Shown here one piece after another: positions 16,517 to 24,998 of a DNA stretch of 51,344 bases. The notes under the pieces are model-generated. The model saw only the letters and a program-made list of their open reading frames with translations, was not told the DNA's origin and ran no database searches. The translations under genes were made by a program, and so were the position numbers. The stretch's first letter is position 1. The number at the start of each line of letters is the position of its first letter. The stretch is from a bacterium (GTDB lineage Bacteria > Patescibacteriota > Minisyncoccia > UBA10092): the NCBI GenBank assembly GCA_021790275.1, contig JAJYIB010000001.1:1-51344 (forward strand), in the 5' to 3' direction.

Positions 16517-16638
16517 ACTACCGCAGGAGGCCGAGCCCCACTTCGCATTCGAGTTGTCCGAGTTGTTCCAGTTGAGCTTCGGCTTACCCTCGTTGAGCCA
16601 CAAATTCGCGACCTTGTCGGCGCCGTGGCGAGAGCCAC
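16517..16638 (-). repeat. DGR template region (TR)
   Basis: The minus strand matches VR1 and VR2. It contains 27 adenines, mostly in AAC/AAT/AAG codons (..NLWLNEGKPKLNWNNSDNSNAKWGSASCGSR). It is not part of a long ORF: a TAA lies 3 codons upstream. Confidence 0.9.
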
Positions 16639-17073
16639 ACCGGCATTACTGCTTCCCAACCGAGCCACCGAAGATCGAGCTTTACTTCCCGCTGGAAGCG
16701 GACCTATAAGCTTTCACTCCTGAATTTAATACGGCGGCAGGCCGAGCTTTTGGCTCTTGCCACCCGCGCTAGGAAACAGTAAGTAGTAGCTAAAATCTCA
16801 CTGCACGCTCATGACGACCGTAATCGCCATGATTCTGGCAAGTTTGCTGAGAGTTCAGGATTTCGGCGACCGCGGACCGTAATCCGCGATGCAGTAGCCT
16901 ACTTTCATACGTAAAATAGCACTCCAAGATTATTTTTACAATTATAAAATAAATAAACAAAATGGCAGTAAAGTTCAACTGCTGGTTTTTATTCAACTCA
17001 TTATCAGCGCAAGCCACTCGGATCACAGCTCACTCGCTATCACTCGGGTCATATCGATAATAAATTTTCTTGA
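16639..17073 (-). promoter_or_regulatory. 435-nt non-coding leader between tRNA-Glu and the TR, with twin hairpins
   Basis: No credible ORF. On the minus strand, CGCGGA-UUACGG-UCCGCG (about 16868-16885) and AUGGCGA-UUACGG-UCGUCAU (about 16811-16830) share the same loop. An AT-rich promoter-like stretch with TATAAT lies around 16940-16990. Confidence 0.4.
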
Positions 17074-17146
17074 CAGCCCCGACGGGATTCGAACCCGTGT
17101 CGCTTGGATGAGAACCAAGTATCCTGAACCGCTAGACGACAGGGCC
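17074..17146 (-). tRNA. tRNA-Glu (anticodon CUC)
   Basis: Manual cloverleaf: GGCCCUG acceptor, anticodon loop UUCUCAU, T-loop UUCGAAU. No CCA is encoded. Confidence 0.88.
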
Positions 17147-17268
17147 GGATTAAATTTGCGGAATCTTCGCCCGCTCTCCCGTTCGCGCGGATTTGAATTT
17201 CGAATCCGCGATTTATTATAAACCAAACCGGTTGCTTCCGGCAACTTTTTGTGCCATAATTTCGCATA

Positions 17269-17964
17269 ATGGATCCCAAAAAAAATCTCATTTTTCTCCA
17301 CGGCTGGGGCGTTTCGTCGAAAATCTTCAAGCCGCTTTTTTATTTTCTTAGAAACGATTTCGAAATTTACGCCGTTGATCTGCCGGGTTTCGGCGCCGCG
17401 CCGATCGAAAATCAGATGAGCTTGAAAGATTACGCCGAATTCGTCCTCGATTTCATTCAAAAAAATAAAATCAAAGATCCGATCGTCGCCGGCCATTCTT
17501 TCGGCGGCGCGGCGGCGGCCAAGTCGGCTCTGCTGTATCCCGAGTCGATTTCCAAGCTCGTTTTAATCGGCTCGGCGGCAATTCGCGAACCGGATTTAAA
17601 AATCCGCGCGCTCGCCAAAGCCGCCAAAATTTTTAAAAAATTTTTTCCGGAAAAATCCCGCGCCGCCGTTTTGAAAATTTTAAACCTCGGCGAAACCGAT
17701 TACGCCAAAATCGAAAATCCCGTTTTGAAAGAAACTTTTAAAAAAATCATCAAAGAAAATCTGGCGGCGGAACTGGCGGCGATAAAAATTCCGACGCTTG
17801 TCGTCTGGGGTGAAAAAGACGAAGCGACTCCGCTCAAAGAAGGAATAAAAACCGCGGAATTGATCCGCGGCGCCGAACTGGTTGTCGTAAAAAACGCCGG
17901 CCATTTTATGTTTTTGGAAAAACCCAACGAATTCGCGAAAATAATAAAAAAATTCGCTTTATAA
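17269..17964 (+). CDS. alpha/beta hydrolase
   Basis: LHGWG and the nucleophile elbow GHSFGG. 231 aa. Confidence 0.75.
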   Translation: MDPKKNLIFLHGWGVSSKIFKPLFYFLRNDFEIYAVDLPGFGAAPIENQMSLKDYAEFVLDFIQKNKIKDPIVAGHSFGGAAAAKSALLYPESISKLVLIGSAAIREPDLKIRALAKAAKIFKKFFPEKSRAAVLKILNLGETDYAKIENPVLKETFKKIIKENLAAELAAIKIPTLVVWGEKDEATPLKEGIKTAELIRGAELVVVKNAGHFMFLEKPNEFAKIIKKFAL

Positions 17965-17968
17965 ATTC

Positions 17969-19186
17969 ATGATGCCGCCGAAAAATCTTTTATATCTTTT
18001 ACAGCTCGAAGAATACGACTCCCGCCGGTTTAAAAACTGGCTGAAAAACAATCCCGACCGCATCGTTTCGGAAAAAAAAGGCGCGTTGAAATGGACGCCG
18101 AAAGCCCGCGCGCTTTTTTGGCTCGCGGGATTTTTTAACGCGGTTTCTCTGCGGGCGTTTCCGGATCGCGCGCTTTTGACGGCGCTTTTCGTATTGTCTC
18201 CGTTCGACCGATTGATAAAAAACCTGTCGGTTCGGCGGGCGCGGTTAAAAATCAAAAAATTTAAAAATCTTATCGTCATTGGCATTACCGGTTCTTACGG
18301 AAAAACGACGGTAAAAGACGCGATCGCCCATATTCTGGCTTCGAAATATCGCGTTTTAAAAACCGAAGGCAATTACAACACCTTGCTCGGAGTCGCGAAA
18401 ACCATCGATGAAAATCTGCGGCCGGAACATGAAATTTTCGTCTGCGAAATGGCCGCTTACGGGCGCGGCGATATTGCGGCGATAGCGGAGCTTGCCAAAC
18501 CGCGAATCGGAGTAATCACCGCCGTCGGCCCGATGCATTTCGAAAGATTCGGCTCGATGGAAAATATTTTAAAAACGAAAATGGAGCTTATCGAATCTCT
18601 GCCCGCGGATGGCGCCGCTTTGCTGCCGCGCGAACTGGAAAACGAAATTAAAAATTTCGTTTTGCGCGTTAAGCCGGATTTTTTCGAATCAAAAGAAGAT
18701 TTGCTGGAAAAAATCGGCAAAAAATTCGGGCTTGATGAAGCCGAAATCGCGGAAAACATAAAAACGATGCCGCCGACGCCGCACCGGCGGGAAATAATCA
18801 AAGCTTCGGGCGGCATCACGATTATCGACGACACTTATAATTCCAATCCGGCCGGTTTCGCGGCGGCTTTGGAAACACTGAAAAATATCGGGGCCGAAAG
18901 AAAAATCATCGTTACTCCGGGGATGGTCGAACTGGGCGAAAAGCAATTCGAGCTGAATAAAGAGGCGGCGCTCCGCGCCGCCTCCGCCGCCGATTACGCG
19001 ATAGTAGTCGGCGAAACCAACAAGGCCGCGCTTGAAGAGGGTTTTAAAGCCGGATTAAAAAACGATTTCGACAAAAAAATTTTTTGGGCGAAAGATTTGG
19101 ATTCCGCCAAATCGAAACTTTCGGAAATCGCGGTTGCCAATTCGGCCGTCCTTCTCGAAAACGATTTGCCGGACAATTATTTTTAA
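17969..19186 (+). CDS. murF: Mur ligase, MurF-like (UDP-MurNAc-tripeptide--D-Ala-D-Ala ligase)
   Basis: GITGSYGKTT P-loop and DDTYNSNP. Adjacent to ddl. Confidence 0.75.
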   Translation: MMPPKNLLYLLQLEEYDSRRFKNWLKNNPDRIVSEKKGALKWTPKARALFWLAGFFNAVSLRAFPDRALLTALFVLSPFDRLIKNLSVRRARLKIKKFKNLIVIGITGSYGKTTVKDAIAHILASKYRVLKTEGNYNTLLGVAKTIDENLRPEHEIFVCEMAAYGRGDIAAIAELAKPRIGVITAVGPMHFERFGSMENILKTKMELIESLPADGAALLPRELENEIKNFVLRVKPDFFESKEDLLEKIGKKFGLDEAEIAENIKTMPPTPHRREIIKASGGITIIDDTYNSNPAGFAAALETLKNIGAERKIIVTPGMVELGEKQFELNKEAALRAASAADYAIVVGETNKAALEEGFKAGLKNDFDKKIFWAKDLDSAKSKLSEIAVANSAVLLENDLPDNYF

Positions 19187-20352
19187 CTTTTCGCGTTTTC
19201 GGCGGCGGTTTTCGAAATCAATTCCGAATCGTAGCTGAACATCAACGCTTTGCGGTTTTTATGTCGCTCGAATCCAAGCTCTATCAATTTATCCAATAAT
19301 TCCGGAAAATCCAATCCGCTTTTTTCCCAAAGATAAAAGGCCAGCGAACCGGGCAGAGTGTTGATTTCGGTTATCCAAAATTCGCCGCTTTCCGGCCGCG
19401 CCATAAAATCGACGCGCGCCAATCCCGAAGCGCCGATGGATTTAAACGCCGCGAGCGACGCCGACTGAATTTGTGCTGTCAGCGCTTCGTTTATCGGCGC
19501 CGGCACAAGCCGCGAAAGCCCCGCCATCCCTTTGGTTTTGCCGCCCTTGAGATATTTGTCTTCGTAAGTCAAAACGTCGCGATGTTTTATCGGCTGTTCG
19601 CAAACCGAAACTTTCAAATCTTCGTTTCCCAAAACCGAGCAATTTATTTCGACGATATTTTCTTTACCTTCTTCGATCACAATCCGTCCGTCGAAATTCA
19701 CGGCAACATCTATCGCCTTTCCCAGCTCCGAAACATTATCCGCTTTTCCGATGCCGACACTGCTTCCCGAATTTGCCGGCTTGACGTAAACGGGAAATCC
19801 TAACCGGCTTTCTATATTTTTTAAAATCTCTCCCCTGCCATTTTCCCATTCGCTTTTCAAAAATCCAAGATAATTAACGACCGGCACGCCGGCATTTTTA
19901 AAAATCGCTTTTTGAATTATTTTGTCCATTCCGATCGCCGAAGCCGCAACGCCGCAGCCGGTGTAAGGAACGCCGGCCATTTCAAAAAGTCCCTGTAAAG
20001 TGCCGTCTTCGCCGAAAGTGCCGTGAATCGCCGGAAAATAAATATCGGGGCGAATTTTGCCGGAAAAATATCCGGCGGCGCCGGCCGGCGCGAGCGATCC
20101 GCCGGTTTTCGTCGATGCCTGAAAAACATATTCCGGCGCTTTGGTGCCAAGCTTCAAATTTTTGAAATTTTCTACTTTTTCAAGCCGCTCGCCGGCAAAC
20201 CAGCGGCCCGATTTATTTATGTAAACGGGAATGACGTCGTATTTTTCGCGATCGATGCTCGCAAAAATCTGCATCGCGGTAACGATGGAAACTTCATGTT
20301 CGACCGACCGGCCGCCAAAAATCACGGCAACTTTTATTTTGGAATTTTTCAT
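19183..20352 (-). CDS. ddl: D-alanine--D-alanine ligase
   Basis: VAVIFGGRSVEHEVS N-terminus and ATP-grasp motifs. 389 aa. Confidence 0.88.
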   Translation of the reverse strand: MKNSKIKVAVIFGGRSVEHEVSIVTAMQIFASIDREKYDVIPVYINKSGRWFAGERLEKVENFKNLKLGTKAPEYVFQASTKTGGSLAPAGAAGYFSGKIRPDIYFPAIHGTFGEDGTLQGLFEMAGVPYTGCGVAASAIGMDKIIQKAIFKNAGVPVVNYLGFLKSEWENGRGEILKNIESRLGFPVYVKPANSGSSVGIGKADNVSELGKAIDVAVNFDGRIVIEEGKENIVEINCSVLGNEDLKVSVCEQPIKHRDVLTYEDKYLKGGKTKGMAGLSRLVPAPINEALTAQIQSASLAAFKSIGASGLARVDFMARPESGEFWITEINTLPGSLAFYLWEKSGLDFPELLDKLIELGFERHKNRKALMFSYDSELISKTAAENAKS

Positions 20353-20391
20353 ACGCGGTTATTATAATTCGCAATCGCGAATTTCAGCAAA

Positions 20392-22044
20392 TCATTGCGC
20401 CGCCGGCGCGACCGGCCGATCCGGCGGAATACTCCAGTAATTGAAAATAAATTGAGCCAGATCGTGGAAAACCGGAACGGCCGTGCTTTCGGCGAAACGA
20501 ATGCCTTTGGGTTTGTCGATTTTTACCAGCGCGATGAATTTCGGATCGTAAGCTGGCGCAAAACCGATAAAAGTATGGATATTTTCGTCGGGATTGTATT
20601 TATGCGTTTTCAAATCCGGAATCTGCGCCGTGCCGGTTTTGCCGGCGATGGAATAGCCGGAAACGGCGGCGCGCCGGCCGCTGCCCTTTTCAACCACATC
20701 GACCATCATCGAGACGACTTTCGCCGCGGTTTCCGGAGAAATCACCCGCGATCCTTCGTCGCCGCGCATTTGGCGTTCTTCGCCGCCGCGCGAAATTATT
20801 TTGGCGACAAGATGCGGCCGGACCAGTTTGCCGCCGTTCGCAATCGCCGCCAGCGCGCGAATAAGTTCTACCGGCGTAAGCGCCACGCCCTGTCCGAAAG
20901 AAGCGGTGGCGAAATTCACGTTTCTCATCGACGACAAAACCGACAAATCGCCCGAAATTTCCCTGACATCGATTCCCGTTTTATCATCGGCGCCGAAATT
21001 TTTAAGATATTTCAAAAAAATGTCTTTCGGCACTTTTTGCTCGACAAAAACGGCTCCGGTGTTAAGCGATTGCTCCAATACAACGGGCATCGTCTGCCAG
21101 CCGAGCATTTCGGTCGGCAAGGCGTTGGAAATCGTCCGGTCGTCGACTTTCACAGTGCCGGTATTTAAAAATTTCGTTTCGGGAGTAACCGCGCCGGTTT
21201 CAAGACCTATCGCCATCGTTAGCGGTTTGAAAACAGAACCGGGTTCAAAACGCTTTAGTGTGTCCGGATTGACGAAAATGTTCTGATCGGGAACGGCGGC
21301 ATAATCGTTGGCGTCGAAATTCGGATAAGAAGCCATCGCCACGATATCGCCGTTTTTCGGGTTCATAACGATAATCGAGCCGCCGGTTGCCCGCCATTTC
21401 TGCACCGCCGCCGCAATCAAAGCGCCGGCTTGCGCCTGAATCGCCGAATCAACGGTTAAAACCAGGTCCGAACTCGAGACCGGACCGGAAAGCTCGGCAT
21501 TATAATTTTCTTCAAGACCGTATTGCCCCGCCTGCCCATTTTTACCGAAGCCCAAAAAACCGATAGCTTGCGACAAATAAAGATCGGACGGATAATAGCG
21601 CGCCGTTTCGCTGTCGACGCCGATCGCGGAATCGCCGAGCGATTTTATCGCATTGACGACACCATCGGAAACTTTTTTGGCCAGAATTTCATAAGCGTCT
21701 TTCGGCTTTGATAATTTTTGAAGAAGCGCCTGTTCGTCGATTCCCAAAATCGGCGACAATGTTTTCGCCGTCGCGGCCGGATCTTTGATTTTCTCGGGAA
21801 CCGCGTATATCAAAGAAAATTCCTTGTTCAAAGCCGCCGCATAGGGAATGCCGTCTTTATCGGTCAAAAAAATACTGCCTCGGGCGGCAACGGCGGTATC
21901 ACCGCTTAAATGCGTCGCTTTGGCGATATAATAATCGCGGCGGATTATCATCAGATAAAAAAACCGCCCCCAAATCAAAAGACCGATGGAAACAAAAATG
22001 AAAACCAAAAGCCAGATTCTTTTTTCCGGATTGCTTTTTGACAT
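20392..22044 (-). CDS. ftsI: penicillin-binding protein 2 / FtsI-type transpeptidase
   Basis: SxxK (GSVFKP) and KTGT motifs with an N-terminal TM helix. The start was set to the internal ATG to remove overlap with ftsL. Confidence 0.85.
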   Translation of the reverse strand: MSKSNPEKRIWLLVFIFVSIGLLIWGRFFYLMIIRRDYYIAKATHLSGDTAVAARGSIFLTDKDGIPYAAALNKEFSLIYAVPEKIKDPAATAKTLSPILGIDEQALLQKLSKPKDAYEILAKKVSDGVVNAIKSLGDSAIGVDSETARYYPSDLYLSQAIGFLGFGKNGQAGQYGLEENYNAELSGPVSSSDLVLTVDSAIQAQAGALIAAAVQKWRATGGSIIVMNPKNGDIVAMASYPNFDANDYAAVPDQNIFVNPDTLKRFEPGSVFKPLTMAIGLETGAVTPETKFLNTGTVKVDDRTISNALPTEMLGWQTMPVVLEQSLNTGAVFVEQKVPKDIFLKYLKNFGADDKTGIDVREISGDLSVLSSMRNVNFATASFGQGVALTPVELIRALAAIANGGKLVRPHLVAKIISRGGEERQMRGDEGSRVISPETAAKVVSMMVDVVEKGSGRRAAVSGYSIAGKTGTAQIPDLKTHKYNPDENIHTFIGFAPAYDPKFIALVKIDKPKGIRFAESTAVPVFHDLAQFIFNYWSIPPDRPVAPAAQ

Positions 22045-22054
22045 AAGCGGGAGC

Positions 22055-22387
22055 TTACTTCCCCGCCATTGAAACTTCACTGGCGGCTTTAACGTACTGA
22101 ACTTGATCGTTCGCCACCAAATTCAAATCTTTGGCGGCCTGCTGTAAAAAACCGATACTTCTTTTTTCCGATAAATTAACGTTCAAACTCCTGACGTCGG
22201 CTCTCAAAGCGTCGATATTTTTTTGAATCGCCGTTTTCTGATAATTCGCCACGACAACACTGTTGATGGCGACCAGATAAAGCGCCGCCAGAACGGCCAC
22301 GGCGACCATCGCCGCCGCATTGAGCGATTCTATTCGCCAATTCGCGAACATCCGGACATTTTGAATTTTTACAGCGATCGCTTTCAT
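22055..22387 (-). CDS. ftsL: FtsL-like cell division protein
   Basis: Small bitopic protein with a coiled coil, located between rsmH and ftsI. Confidence 0.55.
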   Translation of the reverse strand: MKAIAVKIQNVRMFANWRIESLNAAAMVAVAVLAALYLVAINSVVVANYQKTAIQKNIDALRADVRSLNVNLSEKRSIGFLQQAAKDLNLVANDQVQYVKAASEVSMAGK

Positions 22388-23256
22388 ATTTTTTCTATTA
22401 CCCTTAATTTCGCGCTCCGGCTTTTCGGATTGTCTTTTATTTCCTCCGCCGAAGCCGTAATAGGTTTTTTATTTAAAATTTTAATGTTTTTTTCTTCGGC
22501 CGATTTTTTCGACCAATTTTTTATCAATCTGTCTTCCAAAGAATGAAATGAAATAAACGCCGCCCTGCCGCCCGCCGCCAAAACTTCCGGAACATCGGCC
22601 AGGGCTTTTTCTATTTCCGCCAGCTCGCCGTTCGTTTCTATGCGAAGGGCCTGGAAAATTTTCGTTGCCGGATCAATTCTTCCCCGCCGCCTTATGATTT
22701 TTCCGATAATCGCCGCCAGTTCGCCCGTTGTTTTTATTCTCGAGCGTTTTCTCGCTTCGACGATCGCTCCGGCAACGGCGCGAGATTTTCTTTCCTCCCC
22801 GAATTCCTTAAAAATTTTTTCCAAATCCGCTTCGCCGTATTCGTTGACGATGTCTTCGGCCGTAAGAGAATTTTTTTCGTCGTATCTCATATCGAGAATT
22901 TCATCTTTGCGGAAAGAAAATCCCCTGCCCGAATCTTCCAGTTGGCTTGTCGACATCCCGAAATCGAACAAAATGCCGTTCACCGGCTCGATGCCGCTTC
23001 CGCGCGCGATTGCCAAAATATTGCCGAAAGAATCGTTGGCAAAAACCGCGCGCCCGGAGAATTTTTCAAGATTCACTCTCGCGCGCATCAGTGATTCTTC
23101 ATCTCTGTCTATCGCCAGCAGTTTTCCGTCCGGCGCCGTTTTTTTAAGAATCGCCGCCGAATGTCCGCCGTCGCCAACCGTCGCGTCGATAAAATTTTCA
23201 CCTGCCCGCGGATTCAGATATTTCAAAACTTCGTTTAAAAGAACGGGAATATGCAT
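22384..23256 (-). CDS. rsmH: 16S rRNA (cytosine1402-N4)-methyltransferase RsmH
   Basis: MHIPVLLNEVL N-terminus, a SAM-binding motif and its dcw cluster position. Confidence 0.9.
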   Translation of the reverse strand: MHIPVLLNEVLKYLNPRAGENFIDATVGDGGHSAAILKKTAPDGKLLAIDRDEESLMRARVNLEKFSGRAVFANDSFGNILAIARGSGIEPVNGILFDFGMSTSQLEDSGRGFSFRKDEILDMRYDEKNSLTAEDIVNEYGEADLEKIFKEFGEERKSRAVAGAIVEARKRSRIKTTGELAAIIGKIIRRRGRIDPATKIFQALRIETNGELAEIEKALADVPEVLAAGGRAAFISFHSLEDRLIKNWSKKSAEEKNIKILNKKPITASAEEIKDNPKSRSAKLRVIEKI

Positions 23257-23257
23257 T

Positions 23258-23689
23258 TTAAATTCCGAACTGTTCCAATCCCTCGGCGATATCGCCCGAC
23301 GCTTTTCCCGATTCGACGATATATTCGTTCCAAATACCTTCGCTCCAAATTTCTATCCTGTCGGAAACGCCGATTATCACGGCAGATTTTTCCAGCGCGG
23401 CATATTTTTTCAGCGGTTCGGGAATCAAAATCCGCCCCATTTCGTCGATTTCCGTTTCCGAAGCGCCGGAAAGCATAAATCTTTTGAAATCACGCGCTTT
23501 TTTCTGGCCGAGCGGCAGATTCGCCATTTTTTCCATAAAGAGCTGCCAGTCGCGGGCTGGATAAATAAACAAACAGCCGTCCAACCCTCTCGTTAAAACC
23601 GGTGTTTCTCCCAGCTCCACTCTTAATTTAGCCGGAACGGTGAGACGGTTTTTCGAATCCAGATTGTGTTTAAATTCGCCTATAAGCAT
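23258..23689 (-). CDS. mraZ: transcriptional regulator MraZ
   Basis: MLIGEFKHNLDSKNRLTVPAKLR, with a duplicated SpoVT-AbrB-like motif. The start was moved to the internal ATG. Confidence 0.85.
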   Translation of the reverse strand: MLIGEFKHNLDSKNRLTVPAKLRVELGETPVLTRGLDGCLFIYPARDWQLFMEKMANLPLGQKKARDFKRFMLSGASETEIDEMGRILIPEPLKKYAALEKSAVIIGVSDRIEIWSEGIWNEYIVESGKASGDIAEGLEQFGI

Positions 23690-23761
23690 CTTGTTTATCC
23701 CCAGTTTAATATACTTATCCACAAACTTACCCACAATCTCCCACCAGATAAAACAATCTTA

Positions 23762-23797
23762 ACGCAAAAAAAACAGACCTGCAACAGGCCTGTCTGT
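23762..23797 (-). terminator. terminator-like hairpin after tRNA-Val
   Basis: Imperfect stem (ACAGAC..GTCTGT plus CTG/CAG) followed by T8 on the minus strand. Confidence 0.45.
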
Positions 23798-23818
23798 GGA
23801 TAAGTTTATATGTAAAAG

Positions 23819-23892
23819 TGGGCGCATCTGGATTCGAACCAGAGACCTTTGCAATGTGAATGCAACGCTCTAACCGGCTGAGCTATGCGCCC
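23819..23892 (-). tRNA. tRNA-Val (anticodon CAC)
   Basis: GGGCGCA acceptor, anticodon loop UUCACAU, T-loop UUCGAAU. Confidence 0.9.
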
Positions 23893-23898
23893 GAGAAC

Positions 23899-24486
23899 TC
23901 AAATCTTCAATTTATCGATCAATTTTTCGTGCTTGAAGTCCAGAAGGTCGCGGATGAACCGGTCATACATTCCATGGCGGTAATAAAATTCTTTGGTCGT
24001 CATCAAGCTGTAATTTATTTCCTTTCCGATTTCGGCTTCCAGATTTTTTATGAAATTCTTGAATTTCGCCGCCTTGACACCGTCGCCGACCACCAGGAGA
24101 TCGGCGCCGGAAGTGTCGCAATTCACGAATATGCCGCTAAGCACCGCCAACTTTATTTTTCCGGCGCCTTTCAGTTTTGCCAGCATTTTTTCTTTCGAAG
24201 CCGGACTGGTTTTCATAAGTAAATCCCGAAGTTCGTTATAAAAAGCGAAGCCGCGATTGACGAAAAAAGTTTGTCCGTCTTTGGAATTTTTTCTGATTAA
24301 AAATCCGATTTCGGCCAGCTGTTCGACGTTTTTTTTCGCCCGCGCTGATGTTGAATCGAGTTTCGCCGCCGCGGTTTTCAAATCAAAATTTTCTTCCGGA
24401 TTGCGCAAAAACAATTTCAAAAGCCGCACTTTTACCGGTGAATCGAACAAAGCGTCAAATGTTGGTTCGGATAATTTTTTCCGCAT
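23899..24486 (-). CDS. hypothetical winged-helix-like protein
   Basis: The N-terminal part resembles an ArsR/MarR-type wHTH (VKVRLLKLFLRNPE...). The C-terminal domain is unknown. Confidence 0.4.
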   Translation of the reverse strand: MRKKLSEPTFDALFDSPVKVRLLKLFLRNPEENFDLKTAAAKLDSTSARAKKNVEQLAEIGFLIRKNSKDGQTFFVNRGFAFYNELRDLLMKTSPASKEKMLAKLKGAGKIKLAVLSGIFVNCDTSGADLLVVGDGVKAAKFKNFIKNLEAEIGKEINYSLMTTKEFYYRHGMYDRFIRDLLDFKHEKLIDKLKI

Positions 24487-24553
24487 ATTGCAAATAATAA
24501 ACCAAAACGCCCGATTTTTCAATCGAGCGTTCGGATTTTAAGTTTTCGAAAAT

Positions 24554-24931
24554 TTATTTCAATTCGACCGCGGCTCCGGCTTCTTCCAGTTTCTTTTTCA
24601 ACTCTTCCGCTTCGGCTTTGCTAGCGCCGTTTTTCACAACCTGCGGCGCGGTGTCAACCAACTGCTTCGCTTCCTGCAATCCCTTGCCGGTAGCTTCGCG
24701 GACTACTTTGATAACAGCGATTTTCTGATCGCCCGCCTTGGTTAAAACCACATCGAACGAACTTTTTTCTTCCGCCGCCATAGCTTCACCCGTTCCGGCC
24801 GCCGGCATCGCCATCATCGGCGCTGACGCCGATACGCCGAATTTTTCTTCGAGCGCTTTAACCAATTCGGAAAGTTCGAGCGCGGTCAGCTTTTCTATTT
24901 CTTCTATTATTTTATTGTATTTGTCCGACAT
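24554..24931 (-). CDS. rplL: 50S ribosomal protein L7/L12
   Basis: Typical L12 sequence: an A/G/M-rich hinge and a C-terminal KEAKDLV-like domain. Confidence 0.92.
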   Translation of the reverse strand: MSDKYNKIIEEIEKLTALELSELVKALEEKFGVSASAPMMAMPAAGTGEAMAAEEKSSFDVVLTKAGDQKIAVIKVVREATGKGLQEAKQLVDTAPQVVKNGASKAEAEELKKKLEEAGAAVELK

Positions 24932-24998
24932 ATTTTTATATTAATTTATATTTATTAAATAATTTTTAAAATTTAAAAATTATAAATTTAAAATTTTT

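Larger units (their letters stand above)
15038..16638 (-). mobile_element. DGR core (RT - avd - TR)
   Basis: Combination of the three elements above. The VRs lie 1.7-4.6 kb away on the opposite strand. Confidence 0.9.

Noticed and set aside
16133-16603. 156-aa minus-strand ORF (MWLNEGKPKLNWNNSDNSNAKWGSASCGSR...).
   Set aside because: Its N-terminus is simply the TR read in the VR frame, starting at a TTG. The rest is antisense to the whole avd gene. It is an artefact of the TR, not a gene.
16811-16885. The twin hairpins as a guanidine-II (mini-ykkC) riboswitch.
   Set aside because: Mini-ykkC hairpins have ACGR tetraloops closed by C-G pairs. These loops are UUACGG (UACG with a U.G closure), and no transporter gene lies downstream.
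17023-17496. ORFs running through tRNA genes (17023-17496, 17049-17330, 23860-24222, 29182-29508, 29351-29932, and the N-terminal part of 27831-28148).
   Set aside because: Each overlaps a clean cloverleaf tRNA on the same or the opposite strand, and none has coding support.
20395-23596. Long plus-strand ORFs (20395-21168, 20801-21286, 22640-23596) antisense to ftsI, rsmH and mraZ. Similar antisense ORFs occur at 37188-38036, 38464-39009, 2733-3410 and 3483-4112.
   Set aside because: These are shadow ORFs opposite well-supported genes. They are R/F/G-rich, low-complexity translations with no motifs.
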